Shown: one piece after another, positions 38,982-53,315 of the stretch
Numbering within the stretch: position 1 is the first letter of the stretch
How the letters are laid out: each line of letters starts with the position of its first letter
Origin: Chiloscyllium plagiosum
Taxonomy: Eukaryota
DNA length: 64,000 bases
Assembly: GCF_004010195.1 (NCBI RefSeq)
Contig: NC_057718.1
Location: 63,516,625 to 63,580,624 of the forward strand
Reading direction: 5' to 3'
Made by a program: the position numbers and the translations under genes
Notes under the pieces: model-generated
The model's database searches: none
What the model was told of the DNA's origin: nothing
What the model saw: only the letters and a program-made list of their open reading frames with translations

Positions 38982-39759
38982 GGGTTAAGGACAGTTGAGG
39001 ACGGTGTTTGCAGAAGGGGTCAAATATGGAATTATCTAGGTGTTAAACTAGGTCTTAACCTATCTTGCAATTCCTTAGTAACTATCCAAGCAGGTAACAT
39101 TGAACTGTCCAAAATCTCCAATTCTAACACACAGTCAAAAACATCTGCAGAGATTCCCAGCAGCAAGGAATTTTCCATCCTCAGTCAATTCCAATGTAGG
39201 TCTTCACATCAGGGTTCACAGAGTCCCGAAGCATATCTTTAGTCATATATCAGGTTTCAAAAGATTCAGCAACTGGAAAATTTGGCCTGCATGTTCAATA
39301 ATATGATTAAAAGAATAATGCAATTGCATGTACTTGCTATTAACCTTTCCTACTATGCATCGATATGCTCACATTTATGATGGAAAGAGCTCCATCAATG
39401 CTAAGCGAAACTAAGAGTTTCTTGAATAAGCGGTAAAAATAAATTAGTGAAACTGAGCTATCAAGAGGTAAAGAGGACGGCTCGCAGTAGAAGCGGCTAT
39501 TGTAACATTGCATCCAATGCTTGACAACAGGAAAGAACTTGAAGAAGAAATTTGTTATGCTGTCATACTCTCCATTCAGTGGAGAAGTTAAATCAGCCCA
39601 GATGTTAGATAGCATTTCTATGGAGAAGGTCTTTTTTGTCCTTGAGATGCAAGCATAACTGGCTAGGCCACCACCTATTGCCCTTGCAGAGAGGCTGTTA
39701 GAAAGGGAATCAAAGGGATTTGACCCACCAAAGTCCACCTGACACTTGTGGCACAAATG

Positions 39760-42110
39760 TTATTTGCTACTGAATGTTGTCCAAATCTTGTTGTACTTTG
39801 ACACACGTATTTCATTACCTGAGGAGTGCTGAATAGAATATAGAACTGTATAACACAGGACAGGGCCCTTTAGCCCATGATATTGTGCTAAACATGACGC
39901 CAAATTAAATTAATCCCTTCTGCCGGTTGTTGGTGCTAAATATTGGGCAACTGTCAGCAAACATTGTCACTTCTGACCTCATAATGGAAGGAAGACCACT
40001 GATGAGGTAGAAGATGTCTGAGCCCAGGGAACTACCCTGAAGAACCCCTGCAGTGAGGTCCTTGGACTGAGACACCATCCTCTTCTGTGCTTAGTTCAGA
40101 ATTTTGTTAGGGCTGCTTTATAGGAACAGAGAAACAGGAATAGACCATTCCACCCTGAACTTGTCCTGTTAGTCAATAGGATCATCGTTGGTCTGCTACA
40201 TCAGTGTTAGAAGGTAAGTGGTGGGGTTGGCAGAACTCAAGCTTTTGTTAGTGAGCAGGTTATTGTTGAGGAAGTGCTGCTTGATGGAATTGTTGATGAC
40301 ATCTTTCACCACTTTGCTGATGATTGGAAGTACACTGATAGGATGACAACTGGCCAGATTGGTCCAGTTTTTTGTGGACAGGACATACCTGGGCAATTTT
40401 CCACATGGTTGGGGAGATCCCAGTATTGTCCCTGTACTGGTACAGCTTGGCTCGTGAGGCAGCTAATTCTGGAAGACAGGCTTTCAGTACTATTGCTAGA
40501 ATGCTGGCAATGGCCAAGAACCTTTGAAGAATCCAGTGTCTTTAGCTATCCCTTGCTACTAAATGGAGAATCAAGTCAGCTAGCAAATATGACTTGAGAC
40601 TGCTGAGAAGGATAGTCCATTTGACAATTCTGGATGATGATAGGTGCAAATCTGTTGCACTGGACTCTGACATAATTGAAGATGGGGATATTTGTGGAGA
40701 TGCCTCCTCCAGTGAGATAATTGTTCATGCCAAATACCCAATGGATAAAGCAGAATGACAGAGTTTAGATTTGATTTGTTGGTTTTGTATCATTTAGCCC
40801 AGTCTAGTGAATTCTACATTCACTGTTTGGCATGCAAGTTTTCCCATGTTGCAGCTTCACGTTGTTGGATCACACATCTAATTTTTTTTAGGTATTGCCC
40901 GGAGCTGTTGTTGACATGCTCTCCTGCACTCTTCATTGAATCCCTAACTTGATTGTAACAATACAGTGGGGATATGCCAAGCCAGGAAGTTACAGATAGA
41001 GACTGAACACAATTTGAGTAGATTGTTTAAAATCTGTCATAATTATCACAGTGGGTTACACCACACAACATGATGGAGGATATCTTTAATGTAAAGATAG
41101 AAGCTTGTCTCCAAAAGGACTGTCTGGTGTTCATTCCTATCAATACTGTCATAAATAGATACATCTGCAATTATAAACTGGTGTAAACGAGGTTAAGAAA
41201 ACATTTTTTCCTCTTATTGGTTCTTTCTCTACCAGTTGTCAATCCAGCCTAATCGGTACATACTTTAGGACTTGGCCAGCCCAGTGAGTTGTGATGTTAT
41301 CATATTCCTTTGATGATGAATTTTAAGTCTCTCACCCAGAATATATTCTGTGCCCTTGCCAGTGTCTTCCAATTGCTGTTGAACATAGAGCAGTGCTGTT
41401 GATTAGTGAAGGGAAGCAGCAGAAGGGCTGTGTTAATCAACAGGATGAATATCCAAGCCCATGTTTGACCTGGTGCCATGAGACACCATGGGCTTCAGTT
41501 TCAAGGTTGAGAACGCCTGACTGTACATCAATACACTGTTGCCTCCAATGGCTACGTCCGACTGGTGGGACACGATATACCCGGAGAAGGTGATGATGGT
41601 GTCTGGGACATAGCCAGACTCATGGAATCATGCCTTACAATGTACTTAACTTGCTTGTGAGTCAATTCTCCTAATGTTAGCATAAGACCCCAAAACTAAG
41701 TCAGGGGGACTTTGCAGTGTTAATAGGGCTGCATTTTTCTTTTTCATTTGCAGTGCCTACATTGAAATCTGTCTGACTTCAATCATTTTCTTTGACTTCG
41801 TAGTGATTTTAATACAACTTGAGTGGCTTGCTGGGGCATTTCGAAGGCCAGTTAAGATTTAAGCACATTGCTGTGGGTCTGGAACAACATGTAAGCCAGA
41901 ACAGGTAAAGATAACAGATTTCCCTTGCTAAAGGACAGTGGTAATTCAGAGAGGTTTTAATGATAGTATTGATACTGGCTTCATGGTCACTATTAGACAT
42001 GCTTTTTAATGCCTGATATAGAATTGAAGTCAAATTTCACCATCTACATGGTGAGATTATAGGGCACTACACTGTTCTATGGATTACTGATCCAGTGACA
42101 TTATCACCCT
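39760..42110 (-). mobile_element. Same LINE family, 5' two-thirds including head
   Basis: AIVLKACLPELAASRAKLYQY..NTGISPTMWKIAQVCPVHKK; PISVLPIISKVVKDVINNSIKQHFLNNNLL; head at 41810-42110. Confidence 0.75.
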
Positions 42111-43587
42111 TTTTGTGGGGAGGTTTAGGGTTAGTGTTAGAGTTGGATGACATCAGTAAACATGTAAAACCCAATCCTACATTTACATGTGATATTATTA
42201 AGGAGAAGAGCATTGTTAAAGAAGTGAAAGGGGTTAATGAGGTATCCTTCAGTTGGTTCTCACACTGACGCTAAGTGGAAAAGTTAAGCCTCAATTACTT
42301 GGGTGCATCAATGACAGAAATGAACTCCATAGAGTGCCTACTTTTGCTATGTCAGTTAACATTATCAGATATATCTTCCTTGAGGCTTTTCCCTGCTACA
42401 ACTATAAAGCCAAAAAAAGGACATCCATTTCAGTGAAAAAGCATCTAGCCAATTTACATTCAAAATCTGCCCTGAAAACTCCACTTACATTTTGACAGGT
42501 TTGATAATTGTCTCAGTAGCTGAGACAATATCCTTAAAAAAATCAAGACCACTTTAAATAAAACAAAAACATGCCTTAAAAAATAGATCTGCTGTATTTC
42601 TGAGTGCTATTGACTCTTAAGATCTACATCTTCTTTGTTTTTGACGTAATGTGTTTGCCTGGTAACATTATAACAGGGTCAAACAAATTTTACTGTGTGT
42701 GCATCAAGAATTGCGCTAACATGCACATCAAGTCGAAAATGAATAAACTGTTAAAGTTGAAATTAGTGGCAGTAACTTGTGCACAGTGCTAAAACCAATT
42801 TTGAAAAATTCATCACAGAATTACACTGCGTGGAAACGGACCCTTTGGTCTAACTCGCCCTTGCTGACTAGGTTTTCCAAATTAAACTAGTCCTGTTGTC
42901 TGCATCTGGCCCAAACCCCTGTAAACCCTTTCCATTCATGTACCTGTCCAAATGTCTTTTAAATGTTGTAACTGTACCTGTACTACCACTTCCTCTGGCA
43001 ATTTATTCTATATACTCACTATCCTGTGTGAATAAGTTGCACAAGCTTCACTTCCTACTTTTACAAAGTAAGTATGACTGACACAGATTTATGGATCTAT
43101 AATTATTTTTCCTGCACACCTCCAATAGTTATCACATATTAAAAAAAGCACTTGTGTAAATAATTAGGGTACTACTCCCTGTGATGTGCATCTCATGAAG
43201 GGATCATACAGAGAGGACTTAGTGCTAACCAACTATATGGAACCAAAAATCTATAATTTAAAAAAAAATGAACAATGTAATAATCAGCAGGTTTGGCAGC
43301 ATTTTGGAGAGAGAAATTGAGTTAATGTTTTGAGTTGAATATGACTCTCCTTCGAGTCTAATGACTCTTTTTCAAAAGAATAGTCATACTTGATTTGAAC
43401 TTTTTCTGTCCAACAGATGGTGAGATTTCTTTTCTTAAGAAAAATATGTATGCTTGACTCATGGAACTACAAGCAGAACCAGTAAATGACACTTTTGTTC
43501 CATCGATTCTCACTGAAACCAAAGATTCCTTCCTTGTGTCGGAATTTTATCCCAGAGACAGTGGAGAAAACATCATTGGGTACTCAC

Positions 43588-43639
43588 CATGATGTGTTCA
43601 AGCAGAGAATCTATTGCCAGTATGTTATCAAAATAGGTT
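43588..43639 (-). CDS. PDE10A: PDE10A-family coding exon, 52 bp
   Basis: ttcag|A ACC...ATG|gtgagt. (K)TYFDNILAIDSLLEHIM. Not in the ORF track. Confidence 0.96.
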
Positions 43640-44094
43640 CTGAAAAAAAATGAAGAAAGATCTCAAATAGGGTTATCTACAGCAGATTGCTTTTAAATTC
43701 TCTATGGTAACATTTATTCTTTTAATGAGAAGGATCTGTGCTGCATGGAATAACCTAGGTGTTACTAGCACTACAAACTCACACGTCATTTGTTTAAAAA
43801 GTATTTTTGCCACTTTGGATACACCTAACTCTATTTGAAATAATCTAAATTATCTCATGGGAAAGCTTAAATATTGGCCAAAGTGTCAAGTGGTTCCACC
43901 CAGTTAGAGTGAGATACCCATGATCGACCATACCTGATTCCTTTGAATTTTCCAAATCAACTGTCTGGTTTCAACAGCAGATCTAACTACATGATCATAA
44001 TGACACCCCCATAGACTGTCAAATAAGATTCATATGACCATATGGAATGTACTACATATTTAAGATGCAAAGCACACCACCTTTTAAAAATATT

Positions 44095-47000
44095 TTTAAA
44101 AACTTATCTGTGGAATATGGATATCGCTGGGGGCTGGCCAGCACTTAACCCTTGTTGCACTTGAGAAGGTAGTGGTGAGCTGCCTTTTTGATCTGCTACA
44201 ACCCATGAGCTATAGGTAGACCCACAATGCTATTAGGGTGGAATACCAGCATTTTGATGCAACAGAACTGAATGAATGGTGGCATATTTCTAAGTCAATA
44301 TGGTGAGTGGCTTCGGGTGGAAGTTGCAAGTGGTGCCGTTCCAATATATCTGTTGCCCTTGTCCTTCTAGACAGATATTTGGTGAATTTCTGCAGAGCAT
44401 CTTGTAGATAATCAATGGCAGTAAAGTGTACTGTCAATGAAGGAGGAAGTCGACATTTGTGGATGCAGATGTAGCTGCTTTGTCCTGGATGGAGTTCAAC
44501 TTCTCAAGCGTTGAAGCTGCATTAATTCAGGCAGGTGGGGAATGTTCCATCACACTCCTGACTTGTGCTTTGTAGATGGTGGATAGGCTTCAAAGAGTCA
44601 GGAGGAAAGTTGAATGCTGCAGTATTCTGAGGTTCTGACCTGCCCTGGTAGCCACTGTAATTATATGGCAAATTCAATCAGTTTCTAATCAATGGTAACC
44701 TCTGGGGTAGTGGAGAATTCAGCAATGGTAAACACCATTGAATCCCAAGGGCAGTAGCTAAATTCTTTCTTTTTAGAGATGGTCATTGCCCGGCATTTGT
44801 GTGGTGTGAATATTACTTGCTATATTGCATACCAAGCCTGGATATTGTCCAGAGCTTGTTGCATTCGAACATGGGTTGCTTAAGTATCTGGGGTGTGGCA
44901 AATGTACCGAACACTACACAGTTATTAGCAAACATCCCCATCTCAACTTATAACCTTATGATGCAGGGATGGTCATTGACGAAACAATTGAAGGTGTTTG
45001 AAGGACACTACCTTAAGGAACCTCTGCAGAGGAGTACTGGAGCGAAGATAACTGACCTTCGAAAACAATAACAACGCACCAGGTATGTGTCCAACCAGCA
45101 GAGTTTTCCCCGATTCCCACTGACTTCAGATTTACTAGGTCACCCATTGCCACATGCAGAAAAATACGGACTTAATGCCAATGGCAGTCACTCATACTTC
45201 ACCTTTGCAATTCTAGTCTTTTGTCTATGTTTGAACCAAATCTGTAATGAGGTCAGGAGCTGTGTGGCCCTGGCAGAGCCCAAACTGACTGTCACTGAGC
45301 AGGTTATTGCTGAGCAGATGCTGCTTGATAGCACTGTTGATGACATCTTCCATCACTTTACTGATGACCGAGAGTAGACTAATGGGGCGGTAATTGGCCA
45401 GGTTGGGTATGTCCTGTGTTTTGTGGACAAGATATACTGGGCAATTTTTGACATTGTCAGGTAGATGCCAGTATTGTAACTGTACTGGAAGAGCTTGGTT
45501 AGGGGAGCAGAACGTTCTGGAGCATAGTCTTTAGTACTTCTCTAATTGTTTCTTAATATCATGTGAGTGAATTGAATTGTCTGAAGACTTGAATCTGTGA
45601 TGTTGGCACCTCTGAAAGCAGCAAGATCACAAACTTTTATAATGAGGTTTGCTGTTTACAATATAGCAAATACATTTTTAAAATCTTGTTTACATAATCT
45701 GATAAATTGAGTAGTTGAAATCCAAAAGGAGGAACTCAGTCTTCATGAATTCATCAAATCAGAAGATTAAACTGGCCCACCTTTTTAGTTTTAACCATAG
45801 TTACAAAGAACATATGATATATATAGCAGAAAAGAGAAATTCCAGTGAACCATCAACATGTAGAGGGCTACTCCTGTTTTTGTTTGTGTTTCTGTTGCTT
45901 ACTCAGTAGATGAATCTTTTTGTATTGTTGGTAATTCATTTGATGAAGTACAATTCCTAATCTCCAACATCTGTATTTATTTTGAATACTGTCATTAATT
46001 TATAAAACTAGTGAGAATGAGAGTTTGTATTACTAGAGGGGTGGCTTAGCAGTTAACACTGCTGTCTCACTGTACCAGAGACCCAAGTTCAATTCTATAT
46101 GAAGTTTGCACATTCTCCCCATGCCTGCGTGGGTTTCCTTTGGAGCTTCAGTTTCCTCCCACAGTCCAAAGATGTGCAGGTTAAGTGAATTGGCCATGCT
46201 AAATTGCCCATAGTGTTCAGGGATGTGCAGGCTAGGTGGATTAGCTATGGGAAGTGCAGGGATAGGGCATGAGTCTAGTTGGGATGTTCTTTAGTGGGTT
46301 GGTGTGGACTCGATGAGCAAATGGCCTGCTTCCACGTTGTATTTCTATTTCTATGAACGATCGTTTACTCGGCACCTCTGGCTGAAGATTGTTGTAAATG
46401 CTTGAGCCTTATCCTTTGCACTGATGTGTTGAGTTTTCCCACTGTTCAGGATGGGGATATTTGTGCAGCCTCTTCCTCTAATAAGTTGTTGAAGAATTGC
46501 ACAGCACCATTCAGGACTGGATGAGGCAGGACGACAGAGCTTAGATTTGATTCATTGGTTGTGGATCGCCTAGCTCTATTAGTTGCTGCTTATGCTGTTT
46601 GGCATGCAAGTAGACCAATCCGGTAGCTTCACCAAGTTGACATCTCATTTTTGGGTATGCCTGGTCCTGCTTCTGACATGCCCTGCTGAATTCTTAATTG
46701 AGCCATGGTTGATACCCTTAGCTTGATAGTGGGGGATATGCCAGGTCATGAGGTTGCAGATTGTAGTGAGCATATAATTCTGTTGCTGTTGATGGCCCTC
46801 AGTGCCTCATGCATGGATGCTCAGTCGTGAGTAGTTTGAAATCTGCACAATTTAGTATGGTGATAATGCCACACAGGATCAGGTAAGGTAACAACATTGT
46901 GAAGGTGGTATGTTGTCTCCATAAGCACTGTGCTGTACTGACCAATGCTACCATGGACAGATGCATCTATGGCAGGCAGATTGGCAAGGATAAGATCAAA

Positions 47001-47950
47001 TATGTTTCTCCCTCTTGTGAGCTCCCTCACCACCTGCCATAGATACAGTCTAACAGATATGTTCTTTTGGAAGTGATCAGTTCAAATCAATAGTACTGCA
47101 GCTGAGCCACTTTTGGTTCAGAACATTGAAATTCCCCAACTACAGTAATTTCTGCACTCTTGCCACTTTCAGTGCTTCCTCTAAGTGGTATTCAACATGG
47201 AAGAGTACTGATTCAGCAGCCAAGGGAGGACAGTATGTGGTAACCACTTTCAGTGCTCCTTGTCATGGGATCAGTGATGGTGTTGCTATTTGAAACATTG
47301 TCATATTCCGGGAATTATACGTTACACACAATGTCAGACTGTTGCTTGACTAGTCTATGAGCCAACATCACCCAACTTTGGCACTAGCCTCCAGATGTTA
47401 GCAACAACAACTTTGATGGGGGCGACAGGGCGGTTTTTGCCATTGTCATTAGGTTGATGCCACGTGATTCATCTGGTTTCTTTCTATTTTGAAATTTTGT
47501 GGTGATTGTTACAAGTGAAGGATTGCTAGGCCATTTCAAAGGGCAATCATGCATGAACCATAAGGAGCTATCATCCAAATTCAGTGGCTAATAAGGAAGG
47601 CAAATGGAATGTTGACCTTCATTTTAAACAGAATGGAGTGTAATGAAATGGGAAATCTTGCTAAAAGTATACAAGGGACTAATAAGATCACAGCTGGAAT
47701 ACTGAGTGGGTTTGGTTCCCTTATCTAAGGCATTTCTTTCAACCAAGTAAGTACAGCAGTTTTCTTCCCTAAAGGACTTCAGTGAACCAGGTGGAGTTTT
47801 CCGATAATTGGCAATGGTTTCATGGTTATCATTAGACTCTTCATTCTAGATTTTTATTAATTTCAAATTTCATCATCTGCAATAGTGTGATTTGAACCTG
47901 GGTTTCTGGATCAATATCCTAGCAATAATATGAGTCGGCCATTATGTCCA
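44095..47950 (-). mobile_element. Near-full-length decayed APE-RT LINE (CR1/L2-group, clade undetermined) with tRNA-like 5' head; contains nested insertions
   Basis: 3' tail at about 44100, RT about 44400-45530, endonuclease about 46800-47400, head about 47500-47950; interrupted at about 45630-46360 and 47577-47730. Confidence 0.7.
46038..46355 (+). mobile_element. HE1-type V-SINE, older subfamily
   Basis: Degenerate tRNA head, V domain, (TTCTA)n-like tail. Confidence 0.8.
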
Positions 47951-47954
47951 AAAC

Positions 47955-49520
47955 TCCCTTTGTCTAGTGCTGTTCATGACTGGATATTACGGTATCACTT
48001 AGTCCTGCCAATGCACACAATCAGTCCTGTTTTGTAGCTTCACCGGGTTGACACCTCATTTTAGGAATGCCTTGTGCTCCTCCGGGCATCTCAATCTGCA
48101 TTCTTCACTCAATAGGTTTGATCTCTGGCCTAACAGTAGTGGTAGAGTGGGGTTGCAGATTATGTTGGAGTATAGTTCTGCTGCTGCTTATACCTTACAA
48201 TGCCTCAGTCTTGAGCTGCTAGATCTATTCAAAATCAATCCCATTTAGCACAGTGGTAGTGCCAAAACACACAGTGGAAAATCAGGGCTTTAGCTTTGGT
48301 CCCTCCTACCAAGACTATCATGGGCAGAATCATCTGGCAGGTATATTGGTGAGGATGAGTCAAGTGTGTTTTGTTCTCTTATTGGTTCCTCACCATTTGC
48401 TGCAGACCCAATCTAGTAGTTATACCTTGTAGGACTTGGCCAGTGCTGTCAGTAGTGGCACTGTCAAGCAACTCTTGGTGATGGATATTGAAGTCCCCAC
48501 CTAATGTCCATTCTGTGCCCTTGCCATCCTCTGTGTTTCCTTGTAGTGGTTTTCAACATGGAGGAATACTGATTCCTCAGGAGGGGGCACAGTATGTAGT
48601 TGCCAGCAGGGGGCTTTCTTCTCCATGTTTGACCTCACCGGACCCAGAATCATACTGAAGACTTCAGGATATACACTCCCAACAGCATACCCTCAGTGCC
48701 ATCACTTCTGCTACGTCTGTCCTGCCAGTAATCTGGGCATAGGTGGGAATGGTGATGCTGTTGAATGGGACATGGTCAGCAAGACCCAATTCTGAGAGCA
48801 TGACAGTGTCAGGCTGATGCTGACCACTCTGTAAAGCAGCGCTCTCACTTAGCACTATCCCCTAGACATTAGCAAGGAGGTTGCAGGTTGGACAGGGTTG
48901 CATTTTTTAGTATTATTTCCAATGCCTAAGTTGGTAACAAGTGGTTTATATGAGTTTTTTTGATGCTGTTTTGTCATCAGATACTTGAACTTACAGAGGT
49001 TTATAAAATCATGAAGGGCATGACTAGGATAAATAGGCAAGGTCTTTTCCCTGGGGTGGAGGAGTCCAAAACTAGAGGGGATAGGTTTAAGGTGAGAGGG
49101 GAAAGATATAAAAGGGACCCAAGGGGGAACTTTTTCATGAGAGCATGGTGTGTGTATGAGCTTCCAGAGGAAGTGATGGAGGCTGGTATGATTACAATAT
49201 TTAAAAGGTATCTGGATAGGGATATGAATAAGAAGGGTTTACAGGGATTTGAGCTAAATGCTGGCAAATGGAACTAGATTTATATAGGATATCTGGTCAG
49301 CATGGATAGAGTTGGACCGAAGTGTCTGTTTCTATGTTGTATATCTCTATAACTCTATGATAAAATTAAGTGACTTGCATGACTTTCAGAAGGTAGTTGA
49401 GAATCATCCACATTGTTTGTGGGTTTGCAGTCATGTATAGGCCAGACTAGGTAAGAACAGCAAGTTTCTTTTCCAAAAGAACATGTGTGAAGCAGATGGG
49501 TTTTTATGACAGTTAACAAT
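47955..49520 (-). mobile_element. Same LINE family, endonuclease region and head (split by CR1 at 48988-49360)
   Basis: QHQPDTVMLSE endonuclease motif; colinear with 40760-41950 and 46560-47540. Confidence 0.7.
48988..49360 (+). mobile_element. CR1 LINE 3' end nested in an older LINE
   Basis: LTEVYKIMKGM...RGNFF; 3' UTR ending in CTCTAT-type repeats. Confidence 0.88.
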
Positions 49521-51837
49521 GGTTTGCTGTTCCTTGGCCTCAGTCTCCCAGTGTTGCTTGCCTCCTGTTCTCACCTTTAGGCTCCAGATCTACTCCTCTC
49601 ATTGCTGCTAGGTCTTCACTTTCCTCCTCAAATTGAGATTACTGGCTTCATCTATTGCCAGACGTTTATCAGTACAAGGAGTCCTATAAACGTAGCTATA
49701 CAGACTGACCTCTGTCACTAAATGGAGCACTGTCAATCTGACAGAACAGTGAATTATTAGATTTTCCTTTTATATTTTCAAATTTACGATGAATTATTTA
49801 ATTAACTGATGTAGAAATTTAATGTACATTTAAAGTACAGGTGGTACTGCATTTGAACTTAGAGGGTACAAATAATGTTCTTTTTACTCTAAGGAAGGCT
49901 CTACAGAATCAATGCTTTGCAAAGTCACAATTTTCAGCAATACAACCCTATGTGAGGACAATAGCACAATCTTTTAGTCTGCCATTTCCAGAGGGATGGA
50001 TTGCCTAGAATGTTTGAATGCTGCTATGGAGAAGTAGAACAACTTTTTATAATATTTAAATGAAACCCCAAAATGTAGTTGGGAACTTGTAAGTAATCTG
50101 GCCATCCTAGGAAAAGAATCGCAAACCAAAGTTAGTGAAATACCAAGTGACACCTTGCGCACATAGGACCATTGTCATTGAGACACAGAAAGCGAAAGTG
50201 AGAGAGATAGAGAGAGAGAAAGCGAGAAAGAGCAAGCGAGCGTGAGTGCAAAAGCAGCTACTGCTATGTGAAGGACTGTTGTGCGTTAAAACCAAGCAGG
50301 ATGAACATATGAATGAGGAACAAGACTAGGCCACTCAGTCCTTCAAGCCAGCTCCGCCATTCAATAAAATCATGGTTGGTCTAATGCATGAGGAATTCAG
50401 TTTTATATTCAATAGGAAAGGAATAGAACCAACCAATCTTTTAGAAATTTAAGGATCAAAGTGTCAATGAGGTGAGATATTTGGATAAAGTCAGATCTGA
50501 AAAACACATGCTGAGTGAAATGACTTTTGAACGACAGTTGAAATTTTTACCGAACACAGTGGAGAGAAGTGACCCTACTAGAGTACCAGGGAATACCATT
50601 GGACTTGTACTTGCAATGCTAGAAGTATAGTACAAAGTGAAAAGAATTCTATGAGGTTTCTTGAATGTGTGAATTAGTTCAATATCTCGTTATTGCTTGG
50701 ATGCAATAGCTACTTGTGAATTAATGTTCGAGCTATGTTCATTCTAGTTTGTTCCAGTAAAAATCTTGAAATATGAAAACTTATCCTCCAGATTTTTGTT
50801 GGTCTTTTGGGAAATTCATTTCTTTTTAAAAGTCTCCATACAATTGTAATAATAAAAATAATGGTAAGCATTGACTAGTAATATTCAACTTCCATCATCT
50901 GATTTTAATATCTGAGTTCTTCATGGACTAAAGCGATTTAGAAAGAAACAATTATTGACTTAAATTAATTGCTGTGATCATCTGACTATAGATTGAGGCA
51001 AGTCCTGGGAACCCATGTAGAATAAATCAATTATACTGAAATGATAATTTCATCCAAAGAGAATGAAACCAGATAACTAGGCTGACTTGAAGAAATACGC
51101 ATATCTTGTTTTATTCACATTTGCACATTAAGTTCACATATAGGTAGAAGAAAAGTTGTCTGCCAAATATTCAGATTGGAAAGACAATGGAGCTTGACAA
51201 AAGAGTACACAAACAAACCATAGTTTGGTAGCTTGTTTAGCTCAGCAGGCCTAAAGCAATGCAGTTTCATAACAACAGATTTTGGAAGGCTTGCTCCTTT
51301 TTTCTGTTTCTCTAAAGCTCTAAAGTCAAGGCCCAGTAAAGATACAAGTTGGAAAACAACCATTCATTGAGAATTCAAGAATTCTATGACTTCACAACTC
51401 CTGGGGAAGCAGTACAACAACTAAATTGTCATGGAATCAGATTTCACTCTTATACCTCAAATTCTCTAAGAACCTTTAAGCTGTCTAGCATTAGTCTGTC
51501 TATCCATACCGCTCTCACCTTTATAAATGCATTATCCATGTTTGGGTATGTTTGTTGTCATGTTTTATTACTTTTGTTGAGGTTAATAGGTACTAAAATT
51601 CCTCTATTTCATTTACAAATATCTTATAATTGGCTCCTTTATTTTGATTCATTTAAGTATATTTTAATAAAAGTTCATGCTGAAAAAAAATTAAAAGAAT
51701 TTGAAGCAATTGACCAAGTCAGGGTTAAAGAGGAAAGCAGTTTTCCCTCCTCATTTAGTCATAACACAATATATTACTCTGCATAAATGACCACACCAAA
51801 CAATGTATTTATCAAATCAAAAATATGAATCACTTAC

Positions 51838-51896
51838 TTGGATACATCAAGCAGAAAATCATTCATTTCACTCTGTCTGGCAAGACCTTTGGAAAT
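51838..51896 (-). CDS. PDE10A: PDE10A-family coding exon (GAF-A/GAF-B linker), 59 bp
   Basis: tcag|ATT...AA|gtaagt. ISKGLARQSEMNDFLLDVS(K); ends in phase 2, matching the next exon. Not in the ORF track. Confidence 0.95.
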
Positions 51897-53264
51897 CTGA
51901 AAGATGAAGTTTCAAATCAGGGCAATATTTGAAAAAGACCTTTGCCCCCAAGGAGGTCAATTAGCCATCTGTTAGTGTATTTCTGCACATGTGCAAGTGA
52001 ATGTATAACCTAACGAATGAGGGGTTTTTGATGAGTAAAAGGGGGAAACCTTCTTACTAACTGGTGAGCTGATAGCCAGAGGACATAAGTTTAAAATAAT
52101 TTGCAAAAGAACAAGATGGTAGATAAATTATGATCAGGAATGTACCACTTAATCTGGTGGAGGCAGCAAATTCAATAGTAACTTTCAAAAGGGAATTCGA
52201 TATAAACGTTAACTGGAACAAAATTGCAAATTTGTAGGAAACAGCATTTAAATAAGGCTATTGGACAAACTTTTTTTTATAGGAACTAGCAGCAGCATGA
52301 TGGGTAAATAGTTTCCTCCTGTGTTGCATAATTTTATAGTGAGGAACGATGAAGCAGACTGCTTTGTGCTGGATTGGCACCAAGCTTCTTGGAGTTATGT
52401 TCTACTCAGACATTTGAAATGTACTTGATCACCCATCTGATTCTTGCCTTGTAGGTGGTTTACAAGCTTTAAAGCTACTTTCCAAGAAAGTACCCAGTCT
52501 CTTGTGTACTTGTGCTTTGATAATCATAGTAGAGCAAGGGATATGCTGGACGATGGGGTTTTGGACTCTGGCTCTATGATTCTGCTGTTGTTGATGGTTT
52601 ACAATACCTCAACAATATCTTATTTTATGCTGCTTGATTTGGCAGATATTCGAAGCAGGGATGATATGAAAGGATATAGGAATGGTGAGTGCTTGATGGG
52701 CTATCAGGATACAACAGGTTCTGTGTCCCAGTATACAGAGGTATGCTTTGTAGCCTGCCAGCCTCACTACCTGCCATCCTGTCTCGGTTACTTCTGGAGG
52801 TGGTGGGCTCAATTCCGACCGACAACAGAATGAAAATAAGGCAGATGTTGGCCTTTTTAAAGGAGATTAGCTCACCGAGTCAAAAACTTTACTGAATTAT
52901 ATTTCCTGTCATCTTCACGAAAATCCAGACCTTATTCTGTTATTCGTCCCTTGAGCTCTCAATATTTTTTCTGGAACCTTCTGTACACTTCTCATTACTC
53001 CTTTGTTTCTCCATAATTATTTTCTTCCCTCATTTTCACTCTTTAATCTTTATACAGTTCGCTTTTCACAACTCAGACATTGCAACCACAACTTCTTCTT
53101 TAGTAATCTCTTACATCTGGGCTTGGAAGCTGCTACAGAAAGTGGGAAGTGGCTGAGGATACCACTGGCCAAACAGTGTAGAGTATCAGAGGATTTGAAA
53201 AAAATGTCAGCACATCCATTTGACATGAGACCTGAGACAAACTGAGAAAGTGCTGGAAACTTAC

Positions 53265-53315
53265 CTCAACTTGATGTATTGCCACTGAAGCCCACGCTAA
53301 GTTTGCAGTGGCAAT
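53265..53315 (-). CDS. PDE10A: PDE10A-family coding exon, 51 bp
   Basis: tacag|ATT...GAG|gtaag. IATANLAWASVAIHQVE (PDE10A VATANLAWASVAIHQVQ). Confidence 0.96.

Noticed and set aside
49990..50850. Possible additional solo LTRs (also about 400-1130, 19140-19640, 28560-28980, 62810-63300)
   Set aside because: Composition is suggestive, but I could not define termini or TSDs by eye.
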